This document shows, piece after piece, positions 36,561 to 49,388 of a stretch of DNA of 64,000 bases. The stretch is from Squalus acanthias. Its lineage: Eukaryota. The DNA is taken from positions 151,654,001 to 151,718,000 of the forward strand of contig CM059432.1 of NCBI GenBank assembly GCA_030390025.1, in the 5' to 3' direction. A program made the position numbers and the translations under genes. The notes beneath the pieces were generated by a model, which did no database searches, was not told the DNA's origin, and was given only the letters and a program-made list of their open reading frames with translations. Numbering within the stretch: position 1 is the first letter of the stretch; each line of letters begins with the position of its first letter.

Positions 36561-36964
36561 TGTTATACATCAGTTATACAGGCTAAAATAACTGATTTAT
36601 TCATACATTAAACATAATGAAGTAGAAGAAATAGACATAGAAGTCAGATTACAGAATATAAAATAAAATTTGCATACATAAAATATAGATAGTCCATTAA
36701 AGCATCAATCTGCTATGACTACTTTTCCTTCAGCACAACAGTCTTCTGTATGTTTTAAAACAAATTCTGTCCATAAACAGTCCCCTTCCTCCTGCTCTCA
36801 TTTGGTTACAGACAGCTTCTTTTGAGTGGCTCGTCAGCAGATCTCCTGGGTGAATTCTGAACTCTGGTTTGCAAGCCCATATTTTCTTTTGTTCCCAGAA
36901 CTGCAGATCAACATCATTTCATCACCCAACAAAGATACAATACTAGCTGAAATAAAAAGAAATA

Positions 36965-37295
36965 GAAACACTTTTGTTTACATAGCACATCCTGTCATTA
37001 AAATGCCACAAAGAGCTTCACATGGTGAATTACTTTCAAGTGTAATAATTGTTATGCAGGCAAACAAGGCAGCTCTTCTGCTCCACAAACAGCAGTAAGA
37101 TGGACGTCTCAGTAAATTGTTTTCTGGAGGTATTGGTTGAGGGAGGAATGCTGGGCGGGGCAGAGTGGAGTGCTCTCTGGTTGTTTTTCGGCAATGCAAT
37201 GGGCTCTACGTTTAACATCACATTTGAAGAACGGCACTTTCACTGTTGGGAGCACTCTATCAGTACTGCTTTGAAGTATCTACTCAGATTATGAA
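36965..37295 (-). mobile_element. Decayed DeuSINE
   Basis: Reverse similarity to the body and tail of 19151-19501. Confidence 0.55.
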
Positions 37296-37739
37296 AGACA
37301 TGAATAATTTAAAGTGCAACAATAAAAAAAAACCTGTAATGCCAATGCGGAAGTATAACAGTGATCTTTGTTAAGGTGCAACAGCCCAAAATAAAAACTG
37401 CTCAGCTATTGTTTCTTGCATTGTGCATAAATTTATGTTACCCAATCTTATTTAAACCACTGATCAAAGAATGAGCTAGATGCATTTTAGTTGTCTAGTT
37501 ATTCAGTTGACACTTGGAAGCTTTAAGCCCTAATTCCGACTGCCTCATATATCGTAGTACGCATACTTTGGTGGCTAAATCCAAAATCAGAACACCAAGG
37601 TGGTTTAGTCTGAATAACTTGAGACGCATGGCAACATGAATTTAAACTTTATATGTGCTCTGTGGGGCTCCATATTATGCACGCATGCACCCAGGACACC
37701 TCTTCATATAGATCATAGTTAACAGCCTTCGTTGAAGCA

Positions 37740-39071
37740 AATGTGAGAAGTCGCACAACACCAGGTTACAGTCCAACAGCTTTATTTGAAATCACAAGCT
37801 TGCAGAGCGCTGTTCCTTTGTCAGGTGAAGTGAAGAGATGCATATCGGCACAGCATATATAGCCAGAGAACACTGCAAGATGATTACAGTTCATTTTTCT
37901 AACTGCCCGTCGATCGAGAGTTCCGACGGGCCACAGCGAAAAATCGCATAGACCTCCTCAGAAGACAAACACGGGACACAACCAACAGAGTACCCTACGT
38001 CGTCCAGTACTTCCCCGGAGCGGAGAAACTACGCCATGTTCTTCGCAGCCTTTCACATGTCATCGATGACGACGAACACCTCGCTAAAGCCATCCCTACT
38101 CCTCCACTACTCGCCTTCAAACAGCCGCCTAACCTCAAACAGGCCATCGTTCGCAGCAAATTACCCGGCTTTCAGGAGAACAGCGATCACGACACCACAC
38201 AACCCTGCCACGGCAACCTCTGCAAGACATGCCAGATCATCAACACAGATACCATCATCACACGTGAGGACACCACCCACCAGGTACATGGTACATACTC
38301 ATGTGACTCGGCCAACGTTGTCTACCTCATACGTTGCAGGAAAGAATGCCCCGGATACATCGGCGAGACCATGCAGACACTGCGACAACGTATGAACGGA
38401 CACCGCGCAACAATCGCCAGGCAGGAGTGTTCCCTCCCAGTCGGGGAACACTTCAGCAGTCAAGGACATTCAGCCTCCGATCTTCGGGTAAACGTTCTCC
38501 AAGGCGGCCTTCGAGACACACGACAACGCAAAATTGTCGAGCAGAAACTGATAGCCAAGTTCCGCACCCATGAGGACGGCCTCAACCGGGATCTTGGTTT
38601 CATGTCACGCTACATGTAACCCCACCTGACGTAGAGTCATCCAGACTTGAGTCGTCGTTGGCTTGTTCTCGCTACACAGATGCGGCCGGACCTGCTGTGA
38701 TTTCCAGCAAAAAAAGTTTTTTGTTTTCCATACAGACCCCAGCATCTACCACAATTGACCCCTTGTGACCCCACCTCATTGTCTTTGATGTAATGTTTTC
38801 CTGACTGACCTGTTTGGACACCATCCACACCTTTGATTGCCGTGATTATCTCTCTGCCAAGGTGTGATAAAGGGCAGTTCGAAAGATTAACTGTAATCAT
38901 CTGGCAGTGTTCTCTGACTATATATGCTGTGCCTATATGCATTTCTTCACTTCACCTGACGCAGGAGCAGCGCTCCGAAAACTTGTGATTTCAAATAAAG
39001 CTGTTGGACTATAACCTGGTGTTGTGCGACTTCTCACATTTGTCCACCCCAGTCCAACACCGGCATCTCCA
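37740..39071. mobile_element. Inverted Penelope (family A, other subfamily): short minus arm 37738-37908, long plus arm 37909-39071
   Basis: GIY-YIG ORF end 38371-38619; arms are reverse complements; 13-bp TSD cttc(g/t)ttgaagca at 37727-37739 and 39072-39084; decayed hammerheads at 37792-37828 (-) and 38952-38988 (+). Confidence 0.93.
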
Positions 39072-39118
39072 CTTCTTTGAAGCAGACACTGAATAGCAAA
39101 CCATTAAAAGTGCATATT

Positions 39119-40188
39119 CCTCTTCTTAGGCAGTCCCTCGGAACCGAGGATGACTTGCTTCCACATTAAAAATGAGTTCTCAGGTGGCTGATGAGTCCAA
39201 TGCGGGACCTACAGTCTCTGTCACAGGAGGGGCAGATGGTGGTTGAAGGGGCAGGTGGGTGGGGTGCTTGGGTTGACGTGCGCTCCTTGCGCTTGGCTTC
39301 CGCTTGCTCCCGGCGAAGAGACTCGAGGTGTTCAGCGCCTTCCCAGATGCTTCTCCTCCACTTTGTGCGGTCTTGGGCCAGGGATTCCCAGGTGTCGGTG
39401 GGGATGTTACTCTTTTTCAAGGAGGCTTTGAGGGTGTCCTTGAAGCGTTTCCTCTGCCCACCTGGGGCTCTCTTGTCGTGCCGGAGCTCCGAGTAGAGCG
39501 CTTGTTTTGGGAGTCTCGTATCGGGCATGCGGACAATGTGACCTGTCCATCGGAGCTGATCGAGCATGGTCAAAGCTTCGATGCTGGGGATGTTGGCCTG
39601 AGCAAGAACACTGACGTTGGTGCGCCTATCCTGCCAATGGATTTGCACAATCTTGCGGAGGCAGCGTTGGTGGTACCTCTCCAGTGCTTTGAGGTGCCTG
39701 CTGTACATGGTCCATGTCTCTGAGGCATACAGCAGGGCGGGTATCACTGCTGCTCTGTAGATCATGAGCTTAGTGCCGGGTTTGAGGTCCTGGTCTTCAA
39801 ACACTCTCTTCCTCAGGCGACCGAAGGCTGCACTGGCACACTGAAGGCGGTGTTGGACTTCATCATCGACGTCTGCCCTTGTTGACAGTAGGCTTCCGAG
39901 GTATGGAAAGTGGTCCACGTTGTCCAAGGCCTTGTCGTGGATTTTGATAATCGGGGGGCAGTACTGTGGCGGGGGCAGGTTGGCAGAGGACCTTTGTCTT
40001 ACGGATGTTTAGTGTAAGGCCCATGCTCTCGTACGCTTCGGTGAAGGTGTTGACGATGGTTTGGAGTTCGACCTCCGAGTGAGCGCAGACGCAAGCGTCA
40101 TCTGCATACTGTAATTCGGCGACAGAGGATGGGACGACCTTGGATCTGGACTGGAGGCGACGGAGATTGAACAGTTTCCCGTTTGTTC
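39119..40188 (-). mobile_element. RTE-clade LINE, 5'-truncated
   Basis: LQYADD, FPYLGS, LLYASETW, LRWTGH..RM, C-terminal CPSC..HLRTH; 8-bp TSD tgcatatt at 39111-39118 and 40189-40196; (aag)n tail. Confidence 0.92.
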
Positions 40189-40215
40189 TGCATATTGTTT
40201 AAAAATTGGCATGTA

Positions 40216-40778
40216 CAACGAAACCTGCATAAACCGACATTCCCAAAAAACTTACTCCGAGACCTAAATAACTTGCATGGTAAAATATACAGGAGGTACT
40301 CTGAAACCACGGACTTTCACAAATTATGAGCTATTGACAGCGTTCAATGCACCAAGCCCTTTTATAATTTAAAACATGGGAACAGCCTGTTGCAAAGCTG
40401 CTGCATCTGGAGCTTTCACTGAGTTGGGATCACGGCCGCGTCCCCTTGCAGCTTCCTTTTTGCCCCCAAATTCTCGTGATGTCAGTGTCTGCCGGTCAGC
40501 GCAAGGCGGCAGCGGATTTTGTGAAAGAAACAGCATTTGTGGAATGGGGAAATCTTTACCCAACATACATCGCTGCAGAGAAACAGCTCTCCCTCTGGCA
40601 CGGCTCTGTCTCAGGGATAGAACGTTTTCTCTTGCACTATGAATGCTGGGTTAAAGAGCTCCCCATTCTATGGAAAAATTTTTATGTACATACAATGACC
40701 ATTTTGAAAATAAGGACATCTGCAAAAAAAGGACAGCTGATGCCAGTCCTCAAGGTGTCTAATTTACAGGTTTCACCG
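40216..40778. mobile_element. Tc1/mariner-pogo (Tigger-type) MITE
   Basis: TA-caacgaaacctgcataaa...tttacaggtttcaccg-TA; ends resemble the TIR at 41573. Confidence 0.7.
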
Positions 40779-40949
40779 TATATTGCATTAATACATTGAC
40801 GCATTCATTGAGTTTATAACTTTGCAGCAGAAAATGGCCAATCAACCATCTTGGTTAATCCATCCAGAAAGACCCTAAAGACCCCCATCATAGGATTCAA
40901 TTAGTTCTTAAATGAATCTAGGGTTTTAACCTACAATACTCCATCCAAA

Positions 40950-41570
40950 TCAGCATTGTGGCTCTTCTCTGCATTGTCTCCAATGCTTGAATATCTTGTG
41001 TCATGGTGAACAGAACTGAGCATTGTACTCAAGATATGGTCTGACCAGAGTATGAGACTAGTTGATCATAACTTCCTGTCTTGGCTTTTAAGTTCATCAT
41101 TCAATTGGCTTTGATTGCTGCTCTCTGTTGGTTGAACATGTAGAGCATTTGTGTTTAAGGCTCTTAGGTTTCTTTCAACTATATTCAACTCCATTCGTGC
41201 AGTATATGTGTAACCCATTTTTCAACTTGTCAGCACTAAATTTCATGTGATTGTCCTGTGCACTTATATATTTTGCTGAACCCATTTTTGTCATTCCAAA
41301 GCTGTCATCTGATTCCGCTGCCCCTCCTAGTTTGCTACATTTAGTAAATGTAACCAATTTGCCTTGAATTTCTGAATCAAAGTAATTGATGTAAATTTAG
41401 AACAAGTAGTGGTGCCAACACTGATCCATGGGGCATCCCACTTGATACTACCTGCCCTCTCATAACCTGACACTAACTTATTTAACAAAGGCTTGTTGAT
41501 TTCTACCCTTCCGCCAATTTGTTATTCATTCCCAAGATTTCACGTGAATCCTCACAGCTTTGAGATTAAC
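40950..41570 (-). mobile_element. Very old CR1-like RT fragments
   Basis: Remnant TKCSKLGGAAES (compare [10 protein letters not shown]) and a PQGSVL-like segment near 41420. Confidence 0.5.
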
Positions 41571-41572
41571 TA

Positions 41573-43500
41573 CAGTGAAACCTGTACAAACCGCCATCCC
41601 CAGAAAAAGAAACTCGTTGACAGTCCCAAATAATTCACATTGTTATACATACAAGCTGCACTTTGAAAGCACAGACACTCGCAAATTACAAACTACAGAC
41701 AGCCTTCAATGCAGCAAGTCTGTATAGAACATAAAACATGGGACACAGCCTGACAACTCGTTAAAAGAGTCAAAATATTTGACCTGCGTGAGAGTCTGAA
41801 GATCATGATTTCTTTTTGTTCCTGGTTTTGAATCCCCGTGCAGCTGCTGTCCCTGACAGTCTGCATGCACCTGACCGCGTGTGAACCCAAAGAAGTGCAT
41901 GTGCACAATCTCGGCAGTTGCGCATGCATGTGGACCCAACCAACCAACGCAGCACTGTACGTTTGTCTGTGATCGTTGGAATTGTTATTGAGAACAGGTA
42001 TAGGGACATTAGTTTTGTTGCTTCCAAACTGAAGTTCCTGGCGTCGTTGCAGTCGATTAGGTGCTGATCATAATCTGAGCTGGTTCTTCAAGATTGATTG
42101 GAATATCTCTACCAGGAAAGATTTGAAAACATGGCTAGTAAACTGAAGCGTAATGAGTCACTGTTTCAAAAAATATAGCTCATTTAACCAGCACGAGCAT
42201 GGCAGGCAAAGTGTCCGTGAGTTAGCAAAAGCCTTCTCATGGTAAAATACAAGTTTTCAGCATCTTGAAGCATAAATGTGAGCTTCTTGATGCATATGAA
42301 CTCCACTACTCTAATGCCAGAATTACAGTACTCTACTGCCAGAAAGTGTCCCTGCTGCAGATCTGACCTGTCCACAGTGAATACCATGATGTGGGAGTGG
42401 TTCCAGCGTGCTCGGTCACAATCCATCCCCATTTCCTGTCCACTCCTTTAACATAAAACCCTCCAGTACACCCATTCCCGAGATATTGCCACGTTCATGG
42501 TCTCCAGTGGGTGCTGGAGTCATTCCGCAACCGTCACTCCATCTCATTCAAAGTCTACTTGGACAAGAGTGCAAGCATCGACCCCAATGTTGTCAGTGAC
42601 CGGCAGCAGCATCTTGCGTCCATGCTGGACCAAGGGACATCTATAATATAGACAAGACCGGCATGTTTTTCTGGGCCTTGCTCGACAAGACCTTCACCAT
42701 CACCCGTGAGCAATGTAAAGGAGGCAAAAAAGTCGAAGGACTGCAGCACAGCCGGCCTCTGCTGCAATGTTGCAGGGGAGTTTACCAAGCCTCTGATCAT
42801 TGGCCGTGCTGTTAAGCCCAGGTGTTTTCGTAACCTGGACTTATTCACCCTTCCAGTCTCTGGGAGCACAACAAGAAGGCCTGGATGACCAGTGCGATCT
42901 TCACTTCTTTGATTAAGGACTTCAACAGTCAAATGTGCTGCCAAAAACGCAAGGTCATTCTGTTTGTGGACAATGCCCCCTCTCACCCTGCTATTCACCG
43001 TCTTTCCAACATTAAGCTAACATTCTTCCTACCCAAAACCACCTCCATTCTTCAACCCCTACCACAAGTGTCTGCTAAACTCTGTCGTCACCAAGATCGA
43101 TTCACAGTCTGCATTCACCTAGCAATCCTCATCACTTGCCAGTGAATTGACCTGCCAAGTCAGCCTGGCCGATGCATGTTGCTGGATTGCCTCTGCAGTA
43201 CAGTAGATCAGGCTATCCACTGTCACCAAGTGCTTCACTAACTACAGCTTCCCCGTCAGTGTAGAAGAAACAACCTGACCCCTCTCCTGCTGTTCTCCCT
43301 CGCCCTGCCCACCCCCATGTCAGCAGAGGAGTTTGTCTCTTTTGACATTGACGTTCCTGTTGAGGAATCCCTGATCAAGTCCTGGGAGCACAATTTCATT
43401 GACTCTTCGAGAGCCGAGACAAGCACTTACACATTGCCTGATGCAATGCCCCTTGCCAACACCCTGTACTCCTGAGAAACTGCAGGACATCAGATCTTGA
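41573..43500 (+). mobile_element. Tigger/pogo DNA transposon relic with a decayed CENP-B-like DDE transposase (about 42200-43260)
   Basis: Left TIR TA-cagtgaaacctgta; motifs YNIDKTGMFF, KPLIIGRAVKPRCF, NKKAWMT, ILFVDNAPSH, FLPKTTSILQPL; right end not identified. Confidence 0.85.
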
Positions 43501-46080
43501 CTGCAGTTTTGGAGTGACAAGTGATGATGATGAGGGAAAGCACATGGTGCTGGGAATAAGTATCTTTCAGAGAAGCTTGCACAGGCGTCATGGGCCAGCA
43601 TTTTTCTATCCTGTAAAATTCTATGCAAGGTCTGCTCAGTAATCAAGTGAATGTGGGCAGAAATGCAAAGCACAGGGCAGTAGTTAACCTGGTAGGAACC
43701 AGTTGATCTACTATAACAGTAATACAATCTACAGGGAATAGGTTGTTTTCGCATCTTCATGCCCTTCCCTTGGAGAACAGTAGTAGTGAAGTACTGGAAG
43801 AAAGCGTAGGCTTGACAGTCTGACAGGCTGCGACATGAACGCTCCCGGTTAGTCCTATACGGCAGGGGGGGTTTTATGGGCTCCCACAACCTATACCATG
43901 AGGGGTGGGGGGCACCCACACCCACTGCACATGAATAGCCCATTGTTTGTCAACCCAGAATTAAGAGCTGGAGCTCTGGGCTCCACTCACTGGGACTGTA
44001 TAAAGCAGGGCTTAAAATCTGCCCCTTCATGGCAGAAATGCTACCATTAAGCCATGGGCTCGCTTTAGGTGATAGTTAATATATCAATAATGGAACATAC
44101 ACAGCAGAGGATTTGGGTATCTATTCCAACCACATTAGCTCCCCTTATTCAAAACTGTATCCTTCAACTCACTGTGAGAAACACCACCAATCTATTACAT
44201 GTTAAACTCCGTACGTGGGACCTGCCTTTTATATAAAGCTTGCTTATGTGGGAAAATACACTGTACCTGTACTACTAATTATATCTGGACGTGACACTGC
44301 TGAGGGAGTTTGAGGAGCTAGGATCCAAATTAAAAAGCAGAACCTCAAAGGTAATAATCTCTGGATTGTTACCTGAGCCACGCCCAAATTGGCATAGGGG
44401 CAAACAGATTAGAGGATTAAATGCGTGGCTCAGAGTGGTGTGGGAGGCATGGGTTTCAGTTCATGGGGCACTGGCACCAGTACTGGGGAAAGAGGGAAGC
44501 TGTTCCGTTGGGACGGGCTCCACTTAAACCGGGCTGGGACCAATGTCCTGGCAAACCGAATAACTAGGGCAGTAGACAGGGCTTTAAACTAATGATGGGG
44601 GGGGGGGGGGGGGGGGGGGGGGTGGGGAGGATTCAGGAAAGAGTAAATTTAAAAGCAGCGAGAGAAATGTCAAGGCTCTGGAGCAGAGTAGAGTTTTGGG
44701 TAAAAATAAGCAGTGGGTCAGGAAGGGACAGAGAGAGTAACAAAGTTAATAAGGCATCAGTGACTAAGTTGACATCAGGGAAAAATAAAAATAAGTCAAA
44801 GCTAAAGGCACTATATCTGAATGCGCGAAGCAATCGCAACAAAATAGATGAATTAATAGCGCAGATAGAAATGAACAGGTTTGATCTAATAGCCATAGCA
44901 GAGACGTGGTTGCAAAATGGCCAAGGTTGGGAACTAAATATTCCAGGATACTTAACTTTTAGAAGAGATAGGTAAAATGGAAAAGGAGGCAGGGTAGCCC
45001 TGATAATAAAGGATGGGATCAAGACAGTAGAGAGAAAGGATCTTGGCTCCGAAAATCAAGAAGTCAAATCAGTTTGGGTGGAGCTAAGAAACAGCAAGTG
45101 GCAGAAAACATTGGTGGGAGTTGTTTTCGGCCCCCCAAACAGTAGTTATAATGTAGGGCAGAGTATAAATCAGGAAATTAGAGACGCATGTAACAAGGGT
45201 AATACAGTAATCATGGGGGACTTTAATCTACATATAGACTGGGCAAACCAAATTTGCAGTAATAGTGTGGAGGACAAATTCATGGAATGTATGCAAGATA
45301 GCTTTCCAGATCAGTATGTTGAGGAACCAACTAGGGAACAGGCTATTTTAGATCTAGTATTGTGCAATGAGAAAGGGTTAATTAATAACCTTGTAGTAAA
45401 GGGGCCTTTAGGGAAGAGTGACCATAATATGATGGAATTTTATATTGAGTTTGAAAGTGATTTAGTTAAATCTGAAACTAGGGTCTTAAATCTAAACAAA
45501 GCAAACTACGTAGGTATGAGGGGAGAGTTAGCTAAGGTAGATTGGGAAACTACATTAAAAGGTATGATGGTAGCGAAGCAATGGCTAGCATTTAAATAAT
45601 TAACAAATAATTTACAACGAATATACATTCCTTTTAAGGCACAAAAACCCCACAGGAAAAGTGGTCCAACCATGGCTAACGAGAGGGTAAAGATAGTATT
45701 AGATCAAAGGAAGAGGCTTATAATGTTGCCAAAAAGAGTAGTAAGCCTGAGGATTGGCAGGATTTTAGAATTCAGCAAAGGAGGACCAAGAAATTGATAA
45801 AGAAAGGGAAAATAGAATATGAGAGTAAACTAGCGAGAGACATAAAAACAGCTTCTATAGGTATGTAAAAAGGAAAAGATTAGCAAAAGTAAATGTAGGT
45901 CCCTTATAGGCTGAGACAGGAGAAATTATAATGGGGAATAAGGAAATGGCTGAGAAATTAAACAAATACTCTGTGTCTGTCTTCACGGAAGACGTTGCAA
46001 GAAACTTCCCAGAAATAGTGGACAACCAAGGCTATAGCGAGAATGAAGAACTGAAAGAAATTAGTATTAATAAAAAATAG

Positions 46081-48210
46081 GTATGAAGGTGGACATACAA
46101 TGGCTAACATTCAAGGAAATAATGCATAATTTGCAACAATCATATATTCCTCTAGGGCATAGAAATCCAAAAGGAAGAGTGATCCAACCATGGCTAACAA
46201 AAGAAATTAAGGCTCGTATTAAGTCAAAGGAGGAAGCTTATAAAGTTGCCAGAAAAAGTGGTCAGCCTGAGGATTGGGATCTTTTTAGAAATCAGCAAAG
46301 GGGGACCAAGAAATTGGTAAAGAAAGGGAAAATGGAATATGAGCACAAACTAGCGAAAAATATAAAAACGGATTGTAAAAGCTTCTATAGGTATGTGAAA
46401 AGGAAAAGACTGGCGAAGGTAAATGTTGGTCTTTTACAGTCAAACGGGAGAATTTATAATGGGGAATGAGGAAATGGCAAGGTAATTAAATAAATACTTT
46501 GTTTCTGTCTTCACGGAGGAAGACACAAAAAACCTCCCAGAAATACGAGAAAACCAAGGGTGTGGCAAGCATGAGGAACTGAAAGAAATTATTATTAGGT
46601 AAAAAAAACAGTACTAGCAAAATTAATGGGACTAAAAGTCGATAAATCCCAAGGACCGGATGACCTGCATCCTAGGGTTTTGAAAGAGGTGGCCATTGGG
46701 ATAGTGGACGCATTGGTTGTCATCTTCCAAAATTCTATAGATTCTGGAACGGTTCCTGCAGATTGGAGGATAGCAAGTGTAACCCCGCTATTTAAGAAAG
46801 GAGGGAGATAGAAAACGGGGAACTTACAGACCTGTTGGCCTCACATCAGTATTTGAGAAAATGCTGGAATCTATTATAAAGGATGCAATAACTGGGCACT
46901 TAGAAACTAATAGTAAGATTGGGCAGAGTCAACATGGATTTATGAAAGGGAAATTCTGTTTGACAAACCTATTGGAGTTCTTTGAGGATGTAACTAGTGG
47001 AGTAGACAAAAGGGAACCGGTAGATGTGGTGTATTTGGATTTTCAGAAGGCCTTCGATAAGGTCCCACACAAGAGGTTGGTGAACAAAATTAGGGCACAT
47101 GGAATTGGGGGTAATATACTAGCATGGATTGAGAATTGGTTAACAGACAGAAAACAAAGAGTAGGGATAAACGGGTCTTTTTCAGGATGGCAGGCTGTGA
47201 CTAGTGGGGTACCGCAAGGATCAGTGCTTGGGCCCCAGCTATTCACAATCTATATCAATGATTTGGATGAGGTGACTAAATGTAACATTTCCAAATTTGC
47301 TGATGATACAAAGCTAGGTGGCAGTGTCAGTTGCGAAGAGGCTTCAAGGGGATCTCGACAGGCTCAGTGAGTGGGCAAGAACATGGCAGATGGAATATAA
47401 TGTGGATAAATGTGAAGTTATCCACTTTGGTAGAAAAAACAGAAAGGCAGAGTATTTCCTAAATGGTGAAAGATTGGAGAATGCAGATGCTCAAAGGGAC
47501 CTGGGTGTCCTTGTACATGAGTCACTGAAAGTGACTGTGCAGATGCAGCAAGCCACTAGTAAGGCAAATGGTATGCTGGCCTTCATTACAAGAGGATTTG
47601 AGTACAGGAGTAAAGAAGTCTTACTCCAATTATATAGGGCCTTGGTGAGACCACACCTGGAGTACTGTGTACAATTTTGGTCTCCTTACCTAAGGAAGGA
47701 TATACTTGCCATAGAGGGAGTGCAACGAAGGTTCACGAGATTGATTCCTGGGATGGCGGGACTGTCGTATGAGAAGAGATTGAGAGAACTAGACCTGTAT
47801 TCTCTTGAATTCAGAAGAATGAGAGGGGATCTCATTGAAGCATACAAAATTATTACAGGGCTTGATAGGGTGGATGCTGGGAGAATGTTTCCCTTGGCTG
47901 GGGAGTCCAGAACCAGGGGTCACAGCCTCAGGATAAAGGGTAGGCCATTCAGGACTGAGATGAGAAGAAATTTCTTCACAGAGGGTGGTGAATCTTTGGA
48001 ATTCTCTACCCCGGAGGGCTGTGGAGGCTCAGTCATTGGGTATATTCAAAATAGAAGTTGATAGATTTCTGACTAGTAAGGGCATCAAGTGATACGGCGA
48101 TAGGGCCGGTGAATGGAGTTGAGGCAGAAGACCAGCCATGATCTCATTGAATGGCGGAGCAGGCTCGAAGGGCCAAATGGCCGACTCCTGCTCCTATTTC
48201 TTATGTTCTT
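46081..48210 (+). mobile_element. CR1 copy nested in the host CR1 (same orientation)
   Basis: ORF2 restarts upstream of the host breakpoint and ends in its own tail at 48210. Confidence 0.9.
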
Positions 48211-49388
48211 ATGAAAGCCGATAAATCTCCTGGACCTGATGGCCTGCATCCTAGGGTTTTGAAAGAGGTGGCTGTAGAGATAGTGGATGCATTGGTTGTC
48301 ATTTTCCAAAATTCCATAGATTCTAGAACGGTTCCCGTGGATTGGAAGGCAGCAAATGTAACCCCACTATTTAAGAAAGGAGGGAGAGAGAAAACGGTGA
48401 ACTACAGGCCAGTTAGCCTAACATCAGTAGTAGGGAAAATGCTGTAATCTATTATTAAGGATGTGGTAACAGGGCACTTAGAAAATAATAATAGGCTTGG
48501 GCAGAGTCAACACGGATTTATGAAAGGGAAATCGTGTTTGACAAATCTATTGGAGTTTTTTGAGGTTGTAACTAGCAGAATAGATAAAGGGGGACCAGTG
48601 GATGTGGTGTATTTGGATTTTCAGAAGGCATTCGATAAGGTGCCACACAAGAGGTTATTAAACAACATTAGGGTTCTTGGGATTGGGGGTAATATACTAG
48701 CATGGATTGAGGATTGGTTAACGGACAGAAAACAGAGTAGGAATAAACGGGTCATTTTCGGGTTGGCAGGCTGGTACTAGTGGGGTACCGCAAGGATCAG
48801 TGCTTGGGCCTCAGCTATTCACAATCTACATAAATGATTTGGATGAGGGGACCAAATGTAATATATCCAATTTTGCTGATGATATAAAGCTGGGTGGGAA
48901 TGTAAGTTGTGAGGAGGGTGCAAGGAGGCTTCAAGAGGATGTAGACAGGCTAAGGGAGTGGGCAAGACCATGGCAAATGGAATATAATGTGGAGAAATGT
49001 GAAGTTATCCACTTTGGTAGGAAAAATAGAAAAGCAGAGTATTTTTTAAATGGTGAGAGATTGGGAAATGTTGGTGTTCAGAGGGACCTGGGTGTCCTTG
49101 TACACAAATCACTGAAAGTTAACATGCAGGTACAGCAAGCAATTACGAAAGCAAATGGTATGTTGGCTTTTATTGCAAGAGGATTTGAGTATAAGAGTAA
49201 AGACGTCTTACTGCAATTATATAGGGCCCTGGTGAGACCACACCTGGAGTATTGTGTACAGTTTTGGTCTCCTTACCCAAGGAAGGGTATACTTGCCATA
49301 GAGGGAGTGCAACCAAGGTTCACCAGACTGGTTCCTGGGATGGGGGGATTGTCCTATGAGGACAGATTGAGTAGACTAGGCCGATATT

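Noticed and set aside
43320..43943. 207-aa minus-strand ORF
   Set aside because: No recognisable domain; partly antisense to the transposon relic; probably a chance ORF
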